A stretch of DNA of 64,000 bases from an uncultured Alphaproteobacteria bacterium (lineage in GTDB: Bacteria; Pseudomonadota; Alphaproteobacteria; RF32; CAG-239), in contig CALXTJ010000001.1 in assembly GCA_944391375.1 (NCBI GenBank), forward strand, positions 49,729-113,728, in the 5' to 3' direction. The translations under genes were made by a program, and so were the position numbers. Under the pieces are notes generated by a model. The model searched no databases, was not told the origin of the DNA, and saw nothing but the letters and a program-made list of their open reading frames with translations. This document shows positions 18,147 to 26,725 of the stretch, piece after piece. How positions within the stretch are numbered: position 1 is the stretch's first letter; each line of letters begins with the position of its first letter.

Positions 18147-19322
18147 TTAAGCAGCCTTAGCCGAATATTTGGCGGCGAACTCGTTCATTTTTTCAATGAT
18201 ATAGGACTGTTCGTCTTTTTCCAAATAGGGGTGCATCGGAATACTTAAAACGGTTTTGGAAAGTTTTTCACAAACCGGAACCGAGCGGGTGTTCCATTTA
18301 GCATAAGCGGTTTGAGTATTAACCGGACGCGGATAGTAAGCACCGCAAGGAATGCCGTTTTCCTTTAAGAAGGCCATCAATTCATCGCGATGTTCACAGT
18401 TGATGGTATATAAAGCATAAGCCGAACGGCAATTATCAAGGATTCGCTGTTTACCGAAATATTCGCTCAATTCGTTATCATAGCGTTTGGCAATTGTGTA
18501 ACGATCTTCCAATTCTTTATCAAATACGGTTAGTTTTTGTAATAAAACGGCGGCTTGGAAGGTATTCATACGGCCCGTCATGCCTAAGCGAACATTATCA
18601 TAGTGATCTTCGGGGCTCATGCCGTGAACGCGGCAAGATTTAACCAACTCGTTTTCGTCATTGTTGTTGGTAAATACGGCACCGCCGTCGCCGTAACCGG
18701 CCAAGGGCTTGGTCGGATAGAAGGAAGTGGCAGTCATATCGGCAATGGAGCCGGCTCTTTTGCCATGGTAAACCGAACCGTAAGATTGGCAAGAGTCAGA
18801 CAAAACTTTCATGCCGTTTTCATGGGCAATTTTAATAATCTCGTCCAATTCGCAAGGCGAGCCGAAAATATCAACCGGAATAACGGCTTTAAGGTGCAAT
18901 TTACCTTCTTTTTTAACTTCGGCGATAGCCCGTTTCAAATCTTCGGGATCCATATTGTAGGTATCGGGTTTGGAATCAATAAAAATCGGGGTAGCACCCA
19001 ATAAAACCGGAGCTTCGGCGGAGGAAACGAAAGTAAAAGACGAAACAAAAACGGCATCGCCGGGTTTAACATCCCAAGCCATCAAAGCCAAGGTTAAAGC
19101 ATCGGTACCTGAACCGCAGGTTGAGCAATATTTGGTGCCGGAATATTCGGCCAATTTTTGATCCAATTCTCTGGTTTCGGGGCCTTGACAGTAAGCACCG
19201 TGGTCTAAAATTTTTTCAAAAGCGGCCATAAATTTTTCACGGCCGATAACCTTTTGCGAAGTAGCACAATCAAACAGGTTAATGTTTTTATTAGGTTTGT
19301 TTGTCATCAATTTAATCCTCAT
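18147..19322 (-). CDS. DegT/DnrJ/EryC1/StrS-family PLP-dependent sugar aminotransferase
   Basis: A conserved Lys lies in TSFYPTKPLAGYGDGG, and the N-terminal region (…FDCATSQKVIGREKFMAAFEKILDHGAYCQGPE) matches the family. The true start may be the internal Met at about 19307. Confidence 0.75.
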   Translation of the reverse strand: MRIKLMTNKPNKNINLFDCATSQKVIGREKFMAAFEKILDHGAYCQGPETRELDQKLAEYSGTKYCSTCGSGTDALTLALMAWDVKPGDAVFVSSFTFVSSAEAPVLLGATPIFIDSKPDTYNMDPEDLKRAIAEVKKEGKLHLKAVIPVDIFGSPCELDEIIKIAHENGMKVLSDSCQSYGSVYHGKRAGSIADMTATSFYPTKPLAGYGDGGAVFTNNNDENELVKSCRVHGMSPEDHYDNVRLGMTGRMNTFQAAVLLQKLTVFDKELEDRYTIAKRYDNELSEYFGKQRILDNCRSAYALYTINCEHRDELMAFLKENGIPCGAYYPRPVNTQTAYAKWNTRSVPVCEKLSKTVLSIPMHPYLEKDEQSYIIEKMNEFAAKYSAKAA

Positions 19323-19497
19323 AAAAGTTCAAACTGGGAGCGATATTAAGCCAAAGAGGGAAGCGATGCAACACACAAAAAATTTCTTGATTGTAACAAA
19401 AATATCCAAAACCGTACCTTAAAAGAGAATATTTATGTTGAATAAAAATATAAATTGTTTAATTATAAGGACGACAAGTATTTTACAAGGTGAGTAT

Positions 19498-20283
19498 ATG
19501 ATAAAAATTAAATTGATGTTGGCATCGTTTTTGTTGTTGGCCGCATGTGCGACCAATCCGGACGGAAGTAAGTTGGATACAAGCAACGAAACGACGCTTG
19601 AAGCTTACAATCGAGCAATGTTTAATTTCAACTATCAACTGGATAAAAAAGTTATATATCCGGTGGCTAAGGGTTATAAAAAAGTAACCAATCAGTTTGT
19701 AAGGGACAGAGTAACATCGCTATTTAACAATTTAGATGAACCGTCTTATTTTATTAACGACTTATTGCAAGGCGAAATTAAAGACAGCGGAATTTCATTG
19801 GGCAGATTTTTAATAAATTCCACTTTAGGCTTGTTTGGAACCTTTGATGTCGCTTCAGGTTGGGGTTTGGAAAGGAAAAAGAATTCATTTGATGAAACTT
19901 TAGCTAAGTATTGCGTACCGGATGGCCCGTTTATCATGATGCCGGTATTAGGCCCTTCCACGCCGAGGTCTTTGGTAGGCTTGGGCGGAGAAGCCTACAC
20001 CAGCCCGCTGTTCTGGGCCTTTATAGATACCGACGATGCGTGGGTTGATATTGGAGTAGCCGGAGCTACGGCGTTAAAATACATTAACTTAAGAGCCGAA
20101 AATGAGTTTTTGCTGCAAAGCTTGGAAGATGGTTCGGTAGATTACTACATGACCATAAAATCATCATGGCTGCAAAATCGGCAAAAGTATGAAAGTTTGT
20201 GCACAAAAGCATCTGATGAAGGTGCAAGTCCGAGCTATGATTTTGACTTTGGTTATGATGAATTTGATGAAGAGTTTGAATAA
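19498..20283 (+). CDS. mlaA: MlaA/VacJ outer-membrane lipoprotein
   Basis: The lipobox is LLAAC|ATN, the rest has VacJ-family similarity, and the C-terminal tail is acidic. I prefer the ATG at 19498 over the track start at 19435. Confidence 0.8.
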   Translation: MIKIKLMLASFLLLAACATNPDGSKLDTSNETTLEAYNRAMFNFNYQLDKKVIYPVAKGYKKVTNQFVRDRVTSLFNNLDEPSYFINDLLQGEIKDSGISLGRFLINSTLGLFGTFDVASGWGLERKKNSFDETLAKYCVPDGPFIMMPVLGPSTPRSLVGLGGEAYTSPLFWAFIDTDDAWVDIGVAGATALKYINLRAENEFLLQSLEDGSVDYYMTIKSSWLQNRQKYESLCTKASDEGASPSYDFDFGYDEFDEEFE

Positions 20284-20296
20284 AAGGAGAGTAACA

Positions 20297-20899
20297 ATGA
20301 AAAAATTTTTAGCAACATTTTTGGGAGTGCTTTTTGTGTGTCATGCAGCATCATCTGCGGAAATTGACGGTCAAAAGGCCGAAAAGTTTATAAAAAATTT
20401 GACGGATACCGGTATAGAAGAAATAATCAATTCGGATGTTTCGGAAGAGGAAAAAGACCAAAGATTTGAAAAGTTATTTAATGAAAACTTGGACTTGGAT
20501 TTTATCGGTCGTTTTGTACTGGGCAGATACTGGAGAACGGCAACGGCTGAGGAAAGGAAAGAATTTATCAATGTTTATCGGGAACTTAATATCAAGACAT
20601 GGTCAAGTCGTTTTGATGAATTTAAGGGTAAAAGCTTTATATTCAAAGGCACATCACCGTCCAGCTCGGCCGGACAAATTTTTGTAAACACGGAAGTTCC
20701 GATGGATCAGGGAGCTCCGGCCAAAGTAGTGTGGCGTGTAAAGGAGAATAAGGGGCAATTTAAGGTAGTTGACATCATTATTGAAAATGTAAGTTTGGCC
20801 ATTACGGCTCGTAACGAATATACGGCATTTATTAAAAATTCACCGGAAGGTGTGCAAGGACTGATAAACAATCTAAAAAGCAAATTGCAAAATCAATAA
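20297..20899 (+). CDS. mlaC: MlaC/Ttg2D periplasmic phospholipid-binding protein
   Basis: A signal peptide (MKKFLATFLGVLFVCHAASSA) followed by a toluene-tolerance Ttg2D-like sequence. The ribosome-binding site AAGGAGA sits 7 nt upstream of the ATG at 20297. Confidence 0.75.
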   Translation: MKKFLATFLGVLFVCHAASSAEIDGQKAEKFIKNLTDTGIEEIINSDVSEEEKDQRFEKLFNENLDLDFIGRFVLGRYWRTATAEERKEFINVYRELNIKTWSSRFDEFKGKSFIFKGTSPSSSAGQIFVNTEVPMDQGAPAKVVWRVKENKGQFKVVDIIIENVSLAITARNEYTAFIKNSPEGVQGLINNLKSKLQNQ

Positions 20900-20926
20900 T
20901 TGCGTATAATAAAAGCAAGTAAGCAA

Positions 20927-20955
20927 TTGACAATTGCCAAGTTTTTGTGTAACAT
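20927..20955 (+). promoter_or_regulatory. Sigma70-like promoter upstream of the cysteine-rich gene
   Basis: TTGACA, then 17 nt, then TAACAT. A second -10-like TAGTAT follows, then a GGGGGCGG ribosome-binding site before the ATG at 20994. Confidence 0.4.
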
Positions 20956-20993
20956 GGTAGTATATGTAGGTATTATTTACATCGGGGGCGGAT

Positions 20994-21992
20994 ATGCTTA
21001 AGGTTAAGAACTTTTTTATAACACTTGCGGCAATAGTGCTGTTTAGCTCTGTTTCTGAGGCAAGGGTATGCTTTCTTGTCGGGAGTGATGATGAAGAAGG
21101 CTGTTTAACGGCTACCTATGAAATAGAGAGCCTTAAATGTAAGGGTTTTTCATTATGTGAAAGTCCAAGAAAGGGCAGCAGTGTTTGTATAGATGCCGGT
21201 AATAACTATTACAAGCCCGAAGATTGTTGTTCCAATCCGGAATTTTATGAGCCGTGCAACGGAGATGGAATGGTCTGCGAAGGAACTGTATGTAAGAGCT
21301 CCGGGGAAAACGGCGAAGATGTAATATGGTGTGAAATCGGTCAGTGCAAGTGCGATCCTTCTTACTCTGAAACATGTGATCCGGCCCAAGGACTTGAGGG
21401 CGTGGGAGAACCGTGCGGAAATAAGTATAAGAGTTGTCGTTGCGGATCTTCATATTATCAATGTGATAGTTCGGCAACCGGTTCCGGCAGCACTTGTCAG
21501 GACGACAGAGGAACATTATACAGTTCCTGTACCTGTCCGACAGCCGGTGAAAACGGATGGGTAACAGATCCGGATGAGTGTTGCAGCGGTTATTCAAATA
21601 CCTGTACAAACCAACCCGGAGGTCAAGTTGTATACAAGTGTCGTACCACAAATTTACCGGAGTGCGTTTGCGGATATGTTTTCAGCCCCAGTAAGCAGGC
21701 ATGTGTAACCGGTTGTACGGATGATGGGTATGCGTATAAAGGTGAGTTACCGGCCAATGCTACTTGTACGGGTTCGGTTGCGGCACTTAGCGAAGGTTTC
21801 GTATGTGCAGAAAGTTGCCAGTGTAATGATGGCTATTGGGATTTTGTTGAAACATGTACAAAACAAAATGATAATGTTTGTGAAGTATTGGGCTATGTAG
21901 ATACCACTTGTGAAGGCGATTGGGTAGCCTGTCCTTACGATGTTTCAGCCAAAAAATGTTTGCATATCGGCAAAAACACCGGAGAAGGCTAA
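20994..21992 (+). CDS. Secreted cysteine-rich protein (332 aa, about 12% Cys) ending at an in-frame TAA
   Basis: A signal peptide (MLKVKNFFITLAAIVLFSSVSEA|R) is followed by dense C-x-C/CC patterning (…CCSNPEFYEPCNGDGMVCEGTVCKSS…). Confidence 0.7.
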   Translation: MLKVKNFFITLAAIVLFSSVSEARVCFLVGSDDEEGCLTATYEIESLKCKGFSLCESPRKGSSVCIDAGNNYYKPEDCCSNPEFYEPCNGDGMVCEGTVCKSSGENGEDVIWCEIGQCKCDPSYSETCDPAQGLEGVGEPCGNKYKSCRCGSSYYQCDSSATGSGSTCQDDRGTLYSSCTCPTAGENGWVTDPDECCSGYSNTCTNQPGGQVVYKCRTTNLPECVCGYVFSPSKQACVTGCTDDGYAYKGELPANATCTGSVAALSEGFVCAESCQCNDGYWDFVETCTKQNDNVCEVLGYVDTTCEGDWVACPYDVSAKKCLHIGKNTGEG

Positions 21993-22154
21993 GGCGGTGG
22001 AGGCGATTCTGCGGTTTGCCCGGAAGGTTATTCGGCAGATAAAACTCAAGTATCTGATTGTGGCGATTCCGGAGCCAAAGGTTGGCTGTTTGAGTCGCAA
22101 ACAGTTGGAGATACGCTTGTTTGCGGTGAGTGTTGGCAAAAAGCTTCAACATCT

Positions 22155-22565
22155 ATGTCTTGTTCTGATTACACTCCGGGAACATGTGGATACTGTTTTT
22201 GCATGGGTAAAGACTATTTATGTAATGGAACATGTTCCGATGTTGATCAAAAAGGTCCGGGAGGAGTTTCTATCTGTATCGCTTGTTCGCCGACAAGTGG
22301 AGGAAGTACTGTCGGTGGCGGTACGACCGGCGGCGGTATTACAACACCTCCTGTAAGCGGTGGCTCTACCCCTGTAGGTGGTGGCGGAAGTGCCAGTGCA
22401 TTGCAATGTAATCAACTGACAATGGATGAGTGTGAATATAAATTGTGTATTGATCCGAACTATTGTTCAAACAGTGCCGGTTCGGGAGGAATGGATCAGA
22501 GATGCTGTCAGACAGACAAGACTGAAGGATCAGCAACGGGAGGCGTGACCAAACCTACATTCTAA
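22155..22565 (+). CDS. Cysteine/glycine-rich ORF in the same frame as the upstream gene, probably its original C-terminal part
   Basis: The start at 22155 is in the same frame as 20994..21992. Reading past the TAA gives a continuous Cys-rich sequence (GEG*GGGGDSAVCPEGYSADKTQVSDCGDSGAKGW…). There is no signal peptide of its own. Confidence 0.4.
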   Translation: MSCSDYTPGTCGYCFCMGKDYLCNGTCSDVDQKGPGGVSICIACSPTSGGSTVGGGTTGGGITTPPVSGGSTPVGGGGSASALQCNQLTMDECEYKLCIDPNYCSNSAGSGGMDQRCCQTDKTEGSATGGVTKPTF

Positions 22566-22602
22566 GCTTTCACTTAATCCGCAAATTTAAGGAGCAGTCT
22601 TT

Positions 22603-22623
22603 GAAAAGGCTGATCCTTTTTTA
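22603..22623 (+). terminator. Rho-independent terminator after the Cys-rich locus
   Basis: AAAAGG-CTGAT-CCTTTTTT. Confidence 0.45.
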
Positions 22624-22780
22624 GTTGCTTTACAGAAAACCTCCGGTTTGGCAACGGATATCTATTATGAATTTTTATTATACTTGCATAATTTATTTAC
22701 TGATATCTAAAATTATCTTGAGTTGTTGCCGAAAATATGATATACATTAAACAAAAATTTCGGAGGGGTATTGATTTGCC

Positions 22781-23140
22781 ATGATTATCAATAGTAACGA
22801 TATATCACAAAGAAATATTTTAACTAATAAATGTTTTTATCAAACCACGGCTCAAATCATGAGGGATTTTGAGCAAAAGGGTTACGCCAATTCGGCTGAT
22901 GAAACCGCTAAGGTAATTGCGGCCTATCATAGCATCGCACAAAAAAAGAGCAAAAATCACTACAATAAAGACTATAATGAAGCCTTTGGAAAAATTGATA
23001 ATGCCATAAAAAGCATGGCAAATAAAGTGTTTTATACTTATGATAAAAAAAGTTATGATTATGCGTATCAATCTTTCCAGAATTTTGACTATATCAATGC
23101 CATAATCGGCCGCCAGCGGCTTAAAAAGAAAAATCCGTAA
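22781..23140 (+). CDS. Hypothetical protein (119 aa), an orphan ORF in an AT-rich spacer
   Basis: The ORF has a GGAGGGG box 9 nt upstream. I recognise no homologous family. Confidence 0.35.
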   Translation: MIINSNDISQRNILTNKCFYQTTAQIMRDFEQKGYANSADETAKVIAAYHSIAQKKSKNHYNKDYNEAFGKIDNAIKSMANKVFYTYDKKSYDYAYQSFQNFDYINAIIGRQRLKKKNP

Positions 23141-23254
23141 TCTTACAAAATAATTAAATATAGTTTGTTGATTTTTTATTTTACCGATTGCATAAAAAAC
23201 GCTTTGGGTTAGACTATGTAATATAAAAAGAACTACATAAAATAAGGACGAAAC

Positions 23255-24232
23255 ATGAAACAAATATCGGTAATCGGGTGTGGCCGTTGGGGAACATTTT
23301 TAGGCTGGTATGCAGCCAACTATTGCGTAGATAGTGTTATTTTATATGATATCCCAACCTCGCCCAATTTTATTGAATTACAGCAAACGCGTCGCAACAG
23401 CTATTTAGAGCTCAGTGATAATATGGTTTTAACGCCGGATATATCCCAAATTTTGATCAATGATTATATTATCATATCCATAGGTTGCCAATATTTAAGG
23501 AGTTTGGCCAAGCAGCTAAACGGATATAATTTATTGGGCAAGCACTTTTTGCTGGCTATGAAGGGCTTGGAGGAACCCAGTGCCAAAACATTGGTAGATG
23601 TTTTTAAGGAGGAAATTAAACAAGATATTCATGTAGCATGTTTAGGCGGTCCCGGTCATGTTCAAGATTATATGAAAAAAGTTCCTTCCTGTGCGGTGAT
23701 AGACAGTTATGAAGAGGCTGAAAAAGATTGTTGGATAAAGTTGTTGCAAAGTGATCTGATTCGTTTTTACTACGGTAATGATGTTATCGGCAATCAAATA
23801 GGGGCGGCTTTAAAAAATGTAATAGGTATTGCTGCCGGAATTTTGGACGGTTTGGAATGGTATGGATTAAAAGGAGCGTTAATGGCCCGAGCTCCGGTTG
23901 AGGTTGGTCGTTTAATTAAGCATTTTGGCGGCAATCCGTTTACGGCCTATGGTTTAGCTCATTTAGGAGATTATGAAGCAACATTATTTTCCAAACACAG
24001 TCATAATCGTATGTACGGCGAAATGTTTGCCAAAGGTGAGCGATTCGGTAAGCTGGCCGAAGGCGTAGCCACTTTAAAGGCGGTAAAGATAATTGCCGAT
24101 AAGGAAAATATTGATATGCCGATTTGTCAGGCCTTGTATAAGGTCATTTATGAAGATGCAGACATTAAGGCGACTATCAAAAGTATGTTTGAACGAAGCC
24201 TTAAAAAGGAGTTTGATCATATTACGGATTAA
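23255..24232 (+). CDS. gpsA: NAD(P)H-dependent glycerol-3-phosphate dehydrogenase (GpsA family), divergent
   Basis: N-terminal dinucleotide fold GCGRWGT, plus GAALKNVIGIAAGILDG and GLAHLGDYEATL, and a C-terminal …MPICQALYKVIYED…, all paralleling GpsA. Confidence 0.7.
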   Translation: MKQISVIGCGRWGTFLGWYAANYCVDSVILYDIPTSPNFIELQQTRRNSYLELSDNMVLTPDISQILINDYIIISIGCQYLRSLAKQLNGYNLLGKHFLLAMKGLEEPSAKTLVDVFKEEIKQDIHVACLGGPGHVQDYMKKVPSCAVIDSYEEAEKDCWIKLLQSDLIRFYYGNDVIGNQIGAALKNVIGIAAGILDGLEWYGLKGALMARAPVEVGRLIKHFGGNPFTAYGLAHLGDYEATLFSKHSHNRMYGEMFAKGERFGKLAEGVATLKAVKIIADKENIDMPICQALYKVIYEDADIKATIKSMFERSLKKEFDHITD

Positions 24233-24270
24233 AAAATTAAGCCCCGCTGAATGCGGGGCTTAAAGTTTAT
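24233..24270. terminator. Bidirectional terminator between convergent gpsA and the flavodiiron gene
   Basis: AAGCCCCGC-TGAAT-GCGGGGCTT is a perfect 9-bp stem. Confidence 0.6.
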
Positions 24271-25457
24271 TTCAAACAATCGGCTAATTCTTCCAAAGAT
24301 TGCAGCTGATTTTCTTTTAAGGCAGATTTAATGGTGGGGATATTATCAAGGAGATTAACATTTTTAAGATCTGCCAAAATATTTTTCATTAAATTGCCGG
24401 AAGTAGGAGCCCAAGAACCGTTTTGCAGCAAGGCAACGGTACGATTTTGCAGATTATGGGCTTTAATTTCGTGTAAGACATATTCCATTTTAGGGAAAAT
24501 TCCGGCATTATAGGTCGGAGAGGCAAAAACCCAGCGATCGTATTTAAAAGCATCGGCAATAATAAACGAGCAATCGGTAGAGGAAACATCATACACGGCA
24601 ATATTTTTAACACCTTTCTCCGAGAGTTTATTGGCTAAAACATTGATAGCATTTTCGGTATTGCCGTAAATGGAGGCATAAGCAATCATAACGCCTTTTT
24701 CCTCAGGAGTATAGGAGCTCCAAAGATTATATTTAGCGACAAATTCGGCAATGTTTTTGCGGATGATAAGCCCGTGTAGAGGGCAAATCATGTTAATGGC
24801 AAGAGAAGAAGCTTTTTTAAGCAAAGCTTGTACTGAAGGTCCGTATTTACCGACGATATTGGTATAATAACGACGAGCCTCGTCCAGATATTGATGATTA
24901 AAGTCAATTTCATCATCAAACAGATGTCCGTTTAACGCCCCGAAACTACCGAAAGCATCGGCCGAGAAGAGGATTTTATCGGTAGTATCGTAAGTTACCA
25001 TAACTTCCGGCCAGTGCACCATGGGAGCCATAACAAAGGTTAGGGTGTGCTTACCGACATTTAAGGTATCACCCTCTTTAACAACAAGGGAGCGTTCATT
25101 AGCGTTAAATGCAAAGAACTGGTTAATCATGTCAATGGTTTTGGCATTGGCCACGATTGTCACTTCGGGATATCTTAAAACAATTTCCCCGATAGTTGCC
25201 GCATGATCGGGCTCCATATGATTAACAATAAGGTAGTCCAACTTGCGTCCGTTTAAGGCATGTTCCAAATTTTCCATAAACTGGAGGCAAACGGAATGAT
25301 CAACGGTATCTAAGAGCACGGTTTTTTCATCGGTCAAGAGGTAAGAGTTGTAAGATACGCCGTGGGGTATAGGGTAGATATTTTCAAATAAAGCCAAGCG
25401 GCGGTCGGAAGCACCGATATAAGTTAAATCAGGGGTAATTTGACGAGTACAATACAT
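24267..25457 (-). CDS. Flavodiiron protein (FprA/flavorubredoxin-like), with a metallo-beta-lactamase domain and a flavodoxin domain
   Basis: The di-iron site motif is HMEPDHAA, and the flavodoxin-like domain reads VMIAYASIYGNTE…WVFASPTYN. The preferred start MYCTRQ (25457) has a GGAGA ribosome-binding site. The track ORF extends to 25565. Confidence 0.8.
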   Translation of the reverse strand: MYCTRQITPDLTYIGASDRRLALFENIYPIPHGVSYNSYLLTDEKTVLLDTVDHSVCLQFMENLEHALNGRKLDYLIVNHMEPDHAATIGEIVLRYPEVTIVANAKTIDMINQFFAFNANERSLVVKEGDTLNVGKHTLTFVMAPMVHWPEVMVTYDTTDKILFSADAFGSFGALNGHLFDDEIDFNHQYLDEARRYYTNIVGKYGPSVQALLKKASSLAINMICPLHGLIIRKNIAEFVAKYNLWSSYTPEEKGVMIAYASIYGNTENAINVLANKLSEKGVKNIAVYDVSSTDCSFIIADAFKYDRWVFASPTYNAGIFPKMEYVLHEIKAHNLQNRTVALLQNGSWAPTSGNLMKNILADLKNVNLLDNIPTIKSALKENQLQSLEELADCLK

Positions 25458-25558
25458 AAAGCTTCTCCAAATTTTAAAATTTAATCCTAAGAAGTTATTA
25501 TAACGAGAGGCAAAATATTTCAACATAAATAATAAAATATTAGTAATTTTATGATAAT

Positions 25559-26050
25559 ATGGCAAATGAAGGGGGAATGGTAATGAGCACTTTTTACTAT
25601 GATAATCAAAAATTACAAAAATTAGTGTTATTTAATGCTGTTTTGTTAAGTTTGGTAATTTTTGCGGGTAACATTTGTCCCGAACACATGGGATTTATAA
25701 GTTCTATAGCCGTTTTATGTTTAATTTCATTTTCGGCATCGTTATATGTGGTAGTTTTTCCGCAAAGGTTGGCTTTAATAGACGAAGAGGGTATAAAAAT
25801 TGACCATAATGCCAAGCTCAAATGGGAAGAAATTGCCAAGGCCGAACACAAAAAAGTTAAAGGTTGCATGAATAGGGAGATTATTACCTTAAGCGTTAAG
25901 GATGGAGTAAAGTATCGTCGTCGTTTTATGCAGCATTTAAGCAAACATTCGCCTTACGGAGAATTTTCCATACCGTTATATGCCATGACGGAGGATGATA
26001 AAAAGGCCGTTGTGCAAGAGCTTTCCAAATATATTAAGATTGCTGATTGA
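25559..26050 (+). CDS. Hypothetical membrane protein (163 aa)
   Basis: Two hydrophobic segments lie near the N-terminus. No family recognised. Confidence 0.4.
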   Translation: MANEGGMVMSTFYYDNQKLQKLVLFNAVLLSLVIFAGNICPEHMGFISSIAVLCLISFSASLYVVVFPQRLALIDEEGIKIDHNAKLKWEEIAKAEHKKVKGCMNREIITLSVKDGVKYRRRFMQHLSKHSPYGEFSIPLYAMTEDDKKAVVQELSKYIKIAD

Positions 26051-26120
26051 TTTTGCCTGATTGACAATTAAGCGGATTCGGTTATTATGCGAGTAATAAC
26101 CGAATAATTTTTATATATTT

Positions 26121-26669
26121 ATGAAAAAGTTTTTATTATTAGCATTATTGCTTATTTCTTGCCGGAGTTATTCCCAAGATTTTAAGAGGGTTTATCATGA
26201 AGGTGACAAAACCGTAAGCACCACTATTTCTCGTTTTTATTCCAAAGAGATAATGGTAAATTTGCCGGCCATTTACCGGATGATAAATCAAGAAGCGAAA
26301 GGATTTTCCTATGCCAAAGTGGATGAAGGACGGATATATTGGTTTGTAGCCGTTTTTGAAGCCGATAACATCTATGAAGGCCAAAGCATTAAGGTGGTAT
26401 TGGTTGATTCGTATCGGATGAGTATAATTACCATGCAGGGCGGATTAACCGATGAGGCGATAGACGAGATGGTAGAATACGATATGGGTATTGGGATTGG
26501 TAAAGATGATATCAGCCTGAGCGTATTTGATTTTACTACGGATACAAACGGGATGACGATACAGAATCCGCAAATTGAAGTTCCGGCTCTGACATTGTCT
26601 TTACCGGCTTTAAGGGAAGACAAATTAAAGTTGGCCGGACGAGGTAACCAAGGGTGGCAAGAAAATTAA
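26121..26669 (+). CDS. Hypothetical secreted or lipoprotein-like protein (182 aa)
   Basis: The signal peptide MKKFLLLALLLISC|RSYSQ has a possible lipobox. Confidence 0.45.
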   Translation: MKKFLLLALLLISCRSYSQDFKRVYHEGDKTVSTTISRFYSKEIMVNLPAIYRMINQEAKGFSYAKVDEGRIYWFVAVFEADNIYEGQSIKVVLVDSYRMSIITMQGGLTDEAIDEMVEYDMGIGIGKDDISLSVFDFTTDTNGMTIQNPQIEVPALTLSLPALREDKLKLAGRGNQGWQEN

Positions 26670-26674
26670 GAAAA

Positions 26675-26706
26675 ACAAAAGGGGAACGATAGTTCCCCTT
26701 TTGTTA
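26675..26706. terminator. Bidirectional terminator between convergent genes
   Basis: AAAAGGGGAAC-GATA-GTTCCCCTTTT. Confidence 0.6.
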
Positions 26707-26725
26707 TATTTAACACCTTACGGAT

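Noticed and set aside
20189-20296. Upstream extension of the mlaC ORF, which would overlap the mlaA 3' end by 95 nt
   Set aside because: The extended N-terminus has no signal peptide. The ATG at 20297 is preceded by AAGGAGA and yields a canonical Sec signal.
21133-21651. 172-aa minus-strand ORF opposite the cysteine-rich gene
   Set aside because: It is antisense to an ORF with a strong promoter, a ribosome-binding site, a signal peptide and coherent Cys patterning, and I found no start signals of its own.
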